From Candidatus Saccharimonadales bacterium (GTDB lineage: Bacteria > Patescibacteriota > Saccharimonadia > Saccharimonadales > Saccharimonadaceae), in assembly GCA_038213035.1 (NCBI GenBank), contig JBBQTT010000001.1, positions 1-40,123 of the forward strand: DNA of 40,123 nucleotides, given 5' to 3'. Position numbers and translations under genes: made by a program. Below the pieces are notes generated by a model. The model made no database searches, was not told where the DNA came from, and saw only the letters and a program-made list of their open reading frames with translations. Shown piece by piece: positions 32,356 to 40,123 of the stretch. The first letter of the stretch is position 1. The number at the start of each line of letters is the position of its first letter.

Positions 32356-34788
32356 CTATTTACTATCAATTATTTGCTGTGCGCCAGATTCAGAATCTAA
32401 TATTTGTTTCACCTGATCCAGGCTGATATTAACTACTCCGCCAGCTTCAACATCACCACTTAACATCTGTTTTGCGACTGTATTTTCGACCGCCCTTTGA
32501 ACAACTCGTCGCATTGGGCGTGCGCCTAATCTTGGGTCATATCCTGCTTCAACCAGGTACTTTTTGGCCTCGATATCAACACTGACTGTCACCTTTTGAA
32601 GTGCCAATGTTTTATTAACGCCGACTAAAATCATGTCAACAACTTGTAATAATTCTTGTTTAGTAAGTGGTTTAAACATAACAATCTCGTCAAAACGATT
32701 CAAAAATTCTGGACGGAATTGGTTACTACTGATTAGTTCATCAACAAATTGAGTTTCGTAATGTGCAATATCGTGACCACGGTCAATATATTCTCGAATC
32801 CTGTCGGCACCAGCATTACTGGTAGCAATAATGATCGCATCCCTAAAGCTTACTTCGCGATTTTTAACATCGCGTAATATCCCCTCGTCTAGCAATTGCA
32901 GTAATGTTGAAAGTACATTAGGGTGAGCTTTTTCTATCTCATCCAATAATACAACACTGAAAGGCTGTTTCATGACGCGTGCCGTCAAACTGTTAGCGTT
33001 ACTGGCACCATCTGCAATCAAACGAGACACATCAGCGCCACTGGTGTATTCATTCATATCCAATCGAATCATATGATCTTCGCCGTCAAAATAAACCTCT
33101 GCTAGCGCCTTGGCTAGTTCTGTTTTACCGACTCCGGTTGGCCCCAAAAACAAGAATGTACCGATTGGTCGGTTCTGGTTGCGAACGCCCGCCCTTGCGC
33201 GCCTTAGAGCGTCACTGACAACCTTTACCGCCTTAGTTTGATTTATCATACGCTTATGAATCAATTCTTCCATATTCAAAAGCTTTTCACGGTCATCATC
33301 AGCTGATGCGACACTAACTTTTACACCAACCGTTTTTTCGATTGCCATCTGAACTGACTTGGCTGTTACTAGCCCATTTTCACTATAATGAGCGGCTGAT
33401 TCCAACAATTGCAAAGCTTTACCCGGCATTGCCAAATCAAAAACATACCTATCACCTAATCTGTAAGCCTCTACTAACGCTTGGTACATATACGTCACCT
33501 GGTATTGAAATTCTAGTAATATCGCCCGATCCTGCATAACGTCAATTGTTTCTTCTTTTGAAGCCGCTACGACAATGATTCGGTTTAAAATTCCTGCCAA
33601 TTTTGAGTCACGATTGCTAATTTGAACGTATTTTTGTGCGTCCATAGTTAAAATCATACGCAAATGCCCAGCTTCTATAACAGGTAACAGAACATTAGTG
33701 ATATCAACAGACCCAATACCTTCTTCAAAGAAAAGTTGGGCATTATCCAAACAAATAATTATATTTTTCGCATTATAAGCTTCGGCTAAAATACTTGGGA
33801 TTAACTGCTCTAACCCACCACGCTTAGGTGCTGCTGCAATCAACGATGATGCGTCTAATATAAATACCTGGCGGAATCGTAGATTTTCTGGAATATCAGC
33901 AGACGCATCCAACAATTTAGCAGCAAAAGCATGTACGATTTGAGTCTTGCCTACACCGTCAATCCCAACTAAAACTGCATTTTGGTGACCATCTTTACCA
34001 AAAATATCAATCAACTGATTCAGTGAATCTTCGTGTGCAGCTAGTCGATGTGAAAACGCATTATTTGTATTAACTTGATGACTAATATTTTGACCAAAAC
34101 GATTCAGTAGTGGCGTCCATCCAAAAGACCAATCCCTTGCAAACCCACCAGTTCGACGTGGTTTTTTAGAATCGTCAATTAAATTTCGCAAATGGTTATA
34201 CCAATCAATACCCTGCTTTAAATCATCCAAATTCAATTGCAAATGGCTTAGTAGCGTTTCGTATTTTGGAGCGCAACTGACCAGAGCTGTCAGGATTACT
34301 GCCGCCGATATATTATCACTGCCCGTTTGATTGCGTATTTCCCAAGCGGCTTGCCAAACTGATTGCATGTCCTCTTTACTATCTGAAGACAAGTCTTGTA
34401 GGAATTTATTAGAAATGCCAAACCTAGCAGTATAAAACTGACCACCCGAAACTTGACCGACAATTGTCGCTACATCACGGGGTGATGGTTTTTTTGGCAA
34501 ACGTCCCAAAATATCAGCCGACAAAACATCGTCAATCGATTGTGGTTTATGTTTTATTGCCAAATGATGCAATTCGCCCTTATACCACTCGACCATCATT
34601 GCTGGCACAGCAGCAAAACCTATAAATATCCAACCCAGTGGTAAACTCATAACAATCAAAATCGCACCCATAACTAACATCAGAACCATCAGTACCGACA
34701 ACATTATTACGATTAACCGACTAAACTTGACGCTAATACGAGCTTTTTCGCTACGCATACTATGGTAATTCAATTTCAAATCATTCAT
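32356..34788 (-). CDS. Membrane-anchored Clp/Hsp100-family AAA+ ATPase (two AAA modules, no long M-domain)
   Basis: Two N-terminal TM helices. D1 has Walker A GIDGVGKTQ, but its Walker B reads IICLDNA, with Asn where Glu is expected. D2 has GPTGVGKTELAKALA and VVLLDEIEKAH, followed by a ClpB_D2-small-like C-terminus. The preferred start ATG at 34788 forms an ATGA overlap with the upstream stop; the ORF track start is 34854. Confidence 0.85.
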   Translation of the reverse strand: MNDLKLNYHSMRSEKARISVKFSRLIVIMLSVLMVLMLVMGAILIVMSLPLGWIFIGFAAVPAMMVEWYKGELHHLAIKHKPQSIDDVLSADILGRLPKKPSPRDVATIVGQVSGGQFYTARFGISNKFLQDLSSDSKEDMQSVWQAAWEIRNQTGSDNISAAVILTALVSCAPKYETLLSHLQLNLDDLKQGIDWYNHLRNLIDDSKKPRRTGGFARDWSFGWTPLLNRFGQNISHQVNTNNAFSHRLAAHEDSLNQLIDIFGKDGHQNAVLVGIDGVGKTQIVHAFAAKLLDASADIPENLRFRQVFILDASSLIAAAPKRGGLEQLIPSILAEAYNAKNIIICLDNAQLFFEEGIGSVDITNVLLPVIEAGHLRMILTMDAQKYVQISNRDSKLAGILNRIIVVAASKEETIDVMQDRAILLEFQYQVTYMYQALVEAYRLGDRYVFDLAMPGKALQLLESAAHYSENGLVTAKSVQMAIEKTVGVKVSVASADDDREKLLNMEELIHKRMINQTKAVKVVSDALRRARAGVRNQNRPIGTFLFLGPTGVGKTELAKALAEVYFDGEDHMIRLDMNEYTSGADVSRLIADGASNANSLTARVMKQPFSVVLLDEIEKAHPNVLSTLLQLLDEGILRDVKNREVSFRDAIIIATSNAGADRIREYIDRGHDIAHYETQFVDELISSNQFRPEFLNRFDEIVMFKPLTKQELLQVVDMILVGVNKTLALQKVTVSVDIEAKKYLVEAGYDPRLGARPMRRVVQRAVENTVAKQMLSGDVEAGGVVNISLDQVKQILDSESGAQQIIDSK

Positions 34789-35162
34789 CGTGGAACCCAT
34801 CCTATTACCCACATAATTAGACCGGCCGCTGGGAGTAATGGAATTACCAGCCATAAAATTAACGTAAATGCCCCAAACAATAACTGGAACAACATAACTA
34901 GTAGTCCAGATATAATAACACCGGTTCGAACAAATGAACCAATGATTCGTGATATCAACCTATCAAAAAATGCATGTATTTTGACACCAATAAAACCATC
35001 AATATGGCCTGCTGAAATCTGTTTGTATGGAGAAAAAAGAGTTTTTAAAAGTAATCCAACCGAAAAGAAATCAGCAGAGGTGCACAGTTTGTCGCTGACC
35101 ATTTTAAGACGAACGAGCAATCCGTTACCGTACCACCAAGACAATATACCCACCAAAAACAT
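34785..35162 (-). CDS. Small integral membrane protein translationally coupled to the Clp-like gene
   Basis: 3 TM helices. I chose the start at 35162 (AAGAGG upstream). The longer ORF (to 35243) would overlap the divergent murT start. Confidence 0.6.
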   Translation of the reverse strand: MFLVGILSWWYGNGLLVRLKMVSDKLCTSADFFSVGLLLKTLFSPYKQISAGHIDGFIGVKIHAFFDRLISRIIGSFVRTGVIISGLLVMLFQLLFGAFTLILWLVIPLLPAAGLIMWVIGWVPR

Positions 35163-35198
35163 GTAACTATTATAACCTCTTACGCTATAATAGACCAT

Positions 35199-36470
35199 AT
35201 GCCAAAACCTCTTGTTACAATCATAGGTAAAGCAGTTCGACACGTTGCCAAAATACGCGGTGGTGGTTCGGCTTTGCCAGGTTTAATCGTTGAACATATC
35301 GACCCTAATTTTATTAAAGCTACCCTTTCTGACTTACCGATGGGCGTTGTGGTTATTAGTGGTACAAACGGTAAAACCACCACCACAAAAATGGTAGTTG
35401 AGTTATTAGAAAGCCAAGGATTAAAAGTATTCACAAACCGAACCGGCAGCAATTTTACCCGTGGTGTTGCCGCTGCCTTGCTGGGCGACATTGATATCCA
35501 CGGTAAATTACATGCCGATATTGCCGTTTTAGAACTAGATGAAGCTCACGCCGTACATTTTGTCGATAAAATTCCACCAAAATACAGCCTAATATTAAAC
35601 GTCATGCGTGATCAGCTTGACCGATTTGGCGAAATTGACCATACTGCCGCATTGCTAGGCCAAATTGCCGCTGGAACAACCGAGGCCGTAGTATTAAATC
35701 GCGAAGACATACTAATCGCCAACGTTGCCAAATCATTAAAACATCAAAAAGTTAGTTTTTTTGGGCTTGATGATAGTTTACTTTCAACTTTTCCAAGCGA
35801 CGATAATCTACATTCACATACAACCAAACAGCCGTCTGACATCAAAGCAGACGTTGTCCTATCTGAATTTAGGGGCAATTCAGCCACTTTCCAAATTGAC
35901 GGTAAAAAAGTTGTTACTGATTTGAAACTTACTGGTATTTATAATGTTTTTAACGCTTCAGCAGCCCTAGCATTGGTTCGAGCAATTATTGGTGACAAAC
36001 TTGACCAAACTAAACTTATTGATGCCCTATCACAAGTTACTCCAGCTTTTGGACGTGGCGAAATATTAATAATTGATGGTCACCCACTAGAACTAGCTCT
36101 GGTAAAAAACCCGTCTGGTTTTCGCCTTAGTCTTAAATCTTTTGACCCATCAGAATTTATAACTATGATAGCTATTAATGATGATTATGCCGATGGACGT
36201 GATATGTCATGGTTGTGGGATGTTGATTTTACAAGTTTGCGCGCAACTGGTGTCGGTCACGTTTCTGGAATCCGGGCCTATGATATGGCTTTGCGTTTAC
36301 AGTATGACGAAGTGCCATTTAAAACCATCGAGACTAATTTGAAAAAAGCCGTCAAACAATTTATTGCCGACAATCCCGATCGTCCAAAACGAATTTATTG
36401 CACATACACCGCTATGATTACTATCCGTAAAGCTTTATCTAAAATCACAGATGTTGAGGTTATAAAATGA
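35199..36470 (+). CDS. murT: Lipid II isoglutaminyl synthase subunit MurT (Mur ligase family)
   Basis: The P-loop is ISGTNGKTTTTKM. The C-terminal DUF1727-like segment is DGRDMSWLWDVDF. It overlaps gatD by 4 nt. Confidence 0.9.
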   Translation: MPKPLVTIIGKAVRHVAKIRGGGSALPGLIVEHIDPNFIKATLSDLPMGVVVISGTNGKTTTTKMVVELLESQGLKVFTNRTGSNFTRGVAAALLGDIDIHGKLHADIAVLELDEAHAVHFVDKIPPKYSLILNVMRDQLDRFGEIDHTAALLGQIAAGTTEAVVLNREDILIANVAKSLKHQKVSFFGLDDSLLSTFPSDDNLHSHTTKQPSDIKADVVLSEFRGNSATFQIDGKKVVTDLKLTGIYNVFNASAALALVRAIIGDKLDQTKLIDALSQVTPAFGRGEILIIDGHPLELALVKNPSGFRLSLKSFDPSEFITMIAINDDYADGRDMSWLWDVDFTSLRATGVGHVSGIRAYDMALRLQYDEVPFKTIETNLKKAVKQFIADNPDRPKRIYCTYTAMITIRKALSKITDVEVIK

Positions 36471-37189
36471 ACGATAAAGAAATAAAAGTTTTACATTTAT
36501 ATTCTTACGACATGAATATTTACGGCGACCGAGGCAATGTTTTAGTATTATTACGTCGCATACAATGGCATGGTTACAAACCACAACTAGTCGAATATAA
36601 TCCCGGCGATAAATTCCCTGATGATATTGATATTATTGTTGGTGGCGGCGGACAAGACAGCGGGCAAAGTAAAATTCAAGAAGATTTGTTGGCAATTGGT
36701 CCAAAACTACAAAAACTAGCCGACGCTAACACGCCAATGTTGATGATTTGCGGTTTGTACCAACTATTTGGTAAATTTTTCAAAACCTCGACCGGCGAAG
36801 TTATTAAAGGAATTGGCATATTTGATATTGAAACCTATGGCAAGTCAGAACGACTCATCGGCAACATCATTACTCATAGTGAACAGTTCGGTGATATCGT
36901 TGGTTACGAAAACCACAGTGGTCAAACTTTCCTTAGTAACAAAGTAAAAGCCCTTGGAATTGTCCGATTAGGAGCTGGTAACAATGTTGTTGATGGCGGC
37001 GAAGGTGCTCGTTATAAAAATGTGATTGGCAGTTACCTGCATGGTTCTCTATTGCCCAAAAACCCAGCAATTGCTGATTTTATGATAAAGCAAGCCGTTA
37101 TTAATAAGTATGGTGAGTTCAATGGAAATATATTTGACGACAGAATCGCCGACCTAGCGCGTAAAGTCGCGTTAAAACGACCTCGATAA
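36467..37189 (+). CDS. gatD: Lipid II isoglutaminyl synthase glutaminase subunit GatD (CobQ-type GATase)
   Basis: Nucleophile context MICGLYQLFG, plus YENHSG and GSYLHG. It is operonic with murT. Confidence 0.9.
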   Translation: MNDKEIKVLHLYSYDMNIYGDRGNVLVLLRRIQWHGYKPQLVEYNPGDKFPDDIDIIVGGGGQDSGQSKIQEDLLAIGPKLQKLADANTPMLMICGLYQLFGKFFKTSTGEVIKGIGIFDIETYGKSERLIGNIITHSEQFGDIVGYENHSGQTFLSNKVKALGIVRLGAGNNVVDGGEGARYKNVIGSYLHGSLLPKNPAIADFMIKQAVINKYGEFNGNIFDDRIADLARKVALKRPR

Positions 37190-37263
37190 TTTATAGTATC
37201 AAATCTTGCCAGTAAAATAATTACATTTCTTGCAATTTTTTCAAATCGGCAATCACTTGTTAT

Positions 37264-38883
37264 TTATTTGACTTGGTACTGAATAGCCTTGTACTCTGGG
37301 TTGCCGCCGATTGGATCATTAATCGTAATTTGTTGAATTTCTTTCCAGTTTTGATATGGCGCATCAACTTGGCCTGACTTTGAAAATGCAATATACCAAA
37401 AAATAGAATTATCCTTGGTGAACGTTTCAATATCTTTGATTTTATGTTGATCACTATCTTTTAACATAGCCAGGGACCCAAAATCATATTTAACTGGATC
37501 TATGAAATATATAGGATGATTATTGGTTGTATAGAATACTGCCTCGTAAAATAGCCATGGGGTGGCAGCAATTATCGGTTGGCCATCTTTTGATACTGCA
37601 ATTGCAGCATTAACGATTTGTCTGGCTTGGCATGAATCATGTGAGTTTTTATTATAATTTCCCAACTGCCATACATTAGTTACCCCTATAACCAATAGGC
37701 CGGCAACAAAACCAACTATTAGAACTTTTACGATTGGTTTTAGTAGTTTAATACCAAACGATAATGTTATCGCAATAAACATAGCTATAGCAACAGTTGA
37801 TGTAATCAGATAACGATCAATAAATGACGGACGCAAAGGCGGCATTGATGCGATAAATAATATAATCATCGGCACAAAGGCCATGATAGCAATCAATCTG
37901 TATGATTGACGCTGAGATTCATTCAGTGACTTATAAACGCGGAATGACAATATAGCCAGCAGCGCCACCAGAACCAAAAAACCAGTCGCCAACCAGCCAG
38001 TAACATTACTTATATCCTGGTAATAAACGACATTGGTCATAAAATTAACCATTGTATCTGGCGTTACTGGTGGTATCCAAAAGCCAAATGCCTGTACGGT
38101 AGACATTTGTGTGACAAAGAATGGCATCCACGGAATAAAGATTGCAACTGCAATAACATGCGCCATTATCCATTCTTTAGAAAAGAACGTCTTGATAAAC
38201 TTACTTTTTTTAACAGTTCTTCGAACATTATCGGCACGCCAAATCCAATGTGATATCCAAACTATCGCAATAAAATAATGAACCCACATCCCAACGCCAA
38301 CCAAAATTGCATAGATTACCCAAGGTAATTTCTTTTTACTATTAACTGCATATGTCAAAACGTATGTTGCCGACAAAGCAATGGCGGTCACTAGTGTATA
38401 CATACGCATTTCTTGGCTGTAGCGAACCAACATCGGCGACAAAACCATAAAAATCAAGCTAATACGAGCAGCTTGTTTGCTGAACAGACGATTAACTAAT
38501 AAATATCCAAAAATAATTGATATTCCACCAAAAAACAAACTCATCGAACGCAGTGCTAATTCGGTATTACCAAACAACATTCCCCAAAGTTTCAGCAACC
38601 AATAATAAAGTGGTGGGTGAACGTCAGCGGCCGTAAACTTGGCAATATCCCAAAAACTAAAATGACTTAGATAAGCACCAAACGCCTCATCAAACCAAAC
38701 TGATGATTTAGTAATAGTCCAAAGCGTTATAGCCGCAAATATAATCAAACCAGCAACAATAAACAGCCAATCAGTAGTTTTTAGTTTAGAATCTTGCTTT
38801 TTTATGCCAAATATTCTGTTAAAAATAGTCATTGTTACCATTTTAGCTTGTAATGTCGTATCTGACAAATAATATTTCAGCAC
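37264..38883 (-). CDS. GT-C fold glycosyltransferase (family 39/ArnT/PMT-like)
   Basis: About 11-12 TM helices. It has the N-terminal loop motif DEAFGAYLS...HPPLYYWLLKLW and a soluble C-terminal domain. The start is uncertain (GTG at 38883, or ATG at 38841 or 38832). Confidence 0.8.
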   Translation of the reverse strand: MLKYYLSDTTLQAKMVTMTIFNRIFGIKKQDSKLKTTDWLFIVAGLIIFAAITLWTITKSSVWFDEAFGAYLSHFSFWDIAKFTAADVHPPLYYWLLKLWGMLFGNTELALRSMSLFFGGISIIFGYLLVNRLFSKQAARISLIFMVLSPMLVRYSQEMRMYTLVTAIALSATYVLTYAVNSKKKLPWVIYAILVGVGMWVHYFIAIVWISHWIWRADNVRRTVKKSKFIKTFFSKEWIMAHVIAVAIFIPWMPFFVTQMSTVQAFGFWIPPVTPDTMVNFMTNVVYYQDISNVTGWLATGFLVLVALLAILSFRVYKSLNESQRQSYRLIAIMAFVPMIILFIASMPPLRPSFIDRYLITSTVAIAMFIAITLSFGIKLLKPIVKVLIVGFVAGLLVIGVTNVWQLGNYNKNSHDSCQARQIVNAAIAVSKDGQPIIAATPWLFYEAVFYTTNNHPIYFIDPVKYDFGSLAMLKDSDQHKIKDIETFTKDNSIFWYIAFSKSGQVDAPYQNWKEIQQITINDPIGGNPEYKAIQYQVK

Positions 38884-38936
38884 TTAACACTAGAAATCAT
38901 ATCTAAATTGCGCTATAATTCATCGAGTAGCACCAT

Positions 38937-39012
38937 CGGGGTGTGGCGCAGTTGATAGCGCGCTCGGTTTGGGACCGAGAGGTCGAAGGTTTGAGTCCTT
39001 TCACCCCGACCA
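38937..39012 (+). tRNA. tRNA-Pro (anticodon TGG), CCA encoded
   Basis: Acceptor CGGGGTG/CACCCCG, anticodon arm CTCGG-TTTGGGA-CCGAG, T arm GAAGG-TTTGAGT-CCTTT, then ACCA. A TATAAT lies at 38914-38919. Confidence 0.9.
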
Positions 39013-40123
39013 AGAAGTATTTTCGCTTAAATCCACCATCAAGTCGTATGGTGGATTTAGCTTTATAACAGATATAAAGTCGTCATTTGCTCGGAGGTTC
39101 AACACCACCTCACGATAGACTAAATCTTCTTCGACCACATCGGTCGTTTTTAGTATCGTTTCCAGATACGAATTGATGAGTTCAACAAATTCTTCACGAG
39201 TCGGCAATGCGTTACTCAATCGTATCTTTTCTTCCTCTAATTTAGCGATGAGGTCTTCAATGGAGATGATTTGAGCTTGATGAAAATCTAATTTGCCGTT
39301 GTGGTATTGTTTGTATTCAACAGGGTTGGATACTTGGAAATTCTGATATTTTGAGTAGTAATCTCTCTGGAGTTTTAGGTCATTTTTAGCATCTGCTAGC
39401 TTACGCCTGACAGTCGCTCGCTTAACGACTACATCACTCTCTATGCGGTCTATATATCGCTTATGAGCTTCACCTACATTTTCCGTAAGATGTCTTAGAG
39501 TCCACTCGATATGAGCATTTACAAATTTAGCTCTAATCCCTTTGGGTAGTTTGTGGCCATACTTCAGAATAGCTTCCTTATCATTATGGCGAATACACTC
39601 TTTATTGCGACAATAAAAGCTAAATAGCCATTTGCCCTTATTTTTACCACGCTGAAGCTTGGTTCGCTGGAACGTCATAACCCTATCGCAGAAATCACAA
39701 ATGACTTTTTCTCGTAGCAATCCAAACTCTAGCCGTTGTGCTACATTGCCACGACCTCTAAATTCTTTATCAAAACTACTCGCTATATTGCGACCAAGCG
39801 TTATAAATTCGTCTGGTGTTATCAGTGGCAAGAAGTTGTACTGGTCGTTTAAGTTAGAGATGTTATCACCGTGCTTATAAACGCCAGTGTAAAACTCGTC
39901 TGTCAGAAAATCCGACACCATATTCTTAGTCATTTTAACTAGCTTATACTCGTCCTGTTCGGTCTTACGAACGCTCAAATGAGAATCGTTAAGGAAGTCG
40001 GCTATATATTCACCGGTAGCTCGGTCATTTAGTCTCATCAGGACGGCTTTACGCAGTAATTGCCAATTATGACTATCTGGCATATAGTAGCCTGTCGCAG
40101 AGTCCTTATAGTAGCCTTTTTTG
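39001..40123 (-). CDS. Large serine recombinase (integrase), C-terminal portion; the 5' end lies outside the window
   Basis: The reading frame is open to the window edge. It has a recombinase-domain-like region, a zinc-ribbon CDFCDRVMTF...YCRNKECIRH, and a coiled-coil-rich C-terminus. The stop codon lies inside the 3' end of tRNA-Pro. Confidence 0.75.
   Translation of the reverse strand, partial: KKGYYKDSATGYYMPDSHNWQLLRKAVLMRLNDRATGEYIADFLNDSHLSVRKTEQDEYKLVKMTKNMVSDFLTDEFYTGVYKHGDNISNLNDQYNFLPLITPDEFITLGRNIASSFDKEFRGRGNVAQRLEFGLLREKVICDFCDRVMTFQRTKLQRGKNKGKWLFSFYCRNKECIRHNDKEAILKYGHKLPKGIRAKFVNAHIEWTLRHLTENVGEAHKRYIDRIESDVVVKRATVRRKLADAKNDLKLQRDYYSKYQNFQVSNPVEYKQYHNGKLDFHQAQIISIEDLIAKLEEEKIRLSNALPTREEFVELINSYLETILKTTDVVEEDLVYREVVLNLRANDDFISVIKLNPPYDLMVDLSENTSWSG

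Noticed and set aside
34789-34854. The longer start (34854) for the Clp-like ATPase
   Set aside because: It would overlap the upstream gene by 70 nt. The in-frame ATG at 34788 gives the common ATGA stop/start overlap.
35163-35243. An extended N-terminus for the small membrane protein (start at 35243 or 35198)
   Set aside because: A start at 35198 would place its ATG back-to-back (CATATG) with the divergent murT ATG at 35199, leaving no room for promoters. A start at 35243 overlaps murT. The internal ATG at 35162 with AAGAGG upstream is more plausible.
1-40123. An alternative genetic code (UGA recoding, as in some CPR lineages)
   Set aside because: Well-known genes (glyA, folD, murB, xfp, murT) are full length with standard stops, and no in-frame TGA needs to be read through.

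Overview
This is a low-GC (about 40%) bacterial chromosomal window. Its gene content fits a monoderm, reduced-genome lineage such as Saccharibacteria/CPR; that placement is an inference from gene content only. Most of the window is ordinary core genome. It holds peptidoglycan genes (murB, an HTH-fused MurA-like enzyme, murT/gatD, an LD-carboxypeptidase), folD, glyA and phosphoketolase. It also holds an HK-RR-HK two-component cluster, a polyprenyl synthase with a UbiA-like transferase, an LPXTG surface protein and a membrane-anchored Clp-like AAA+ protein. A type IV pilin locus carries 3 minor pilins (one of 598 aa with a triple C-terminal repeat) and 4 tandem major-pilin paralogs. A 5'-truncated large serine recombinase overlaps tRNA-Pro at the right edge. 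The most unusual signal is non-coding. Six of the seven tRNA genes are followed by a modular element made of five parts in order. First comes a hairpin that includes the encoded CCA, then an inverted copy of that tRNA's own T-arm, then a direct copy of its variable loop and 5' T-stem. A hairpin-rich insert follows, then a second copy of the tRNA T-loop-to-3'-end segment with a second hairpin. In four copies the insert is a shared core of about 105 nt whose stems keep pairing through compensatory substitutions. I do not recognise this as a described element. It could be a tRNA T-loop-targeting miniature mobile element, an att scar, or a structured ncRNA family, and this needs comparative and transcript data. 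No rRNA genes and no CRISPR array were seen.
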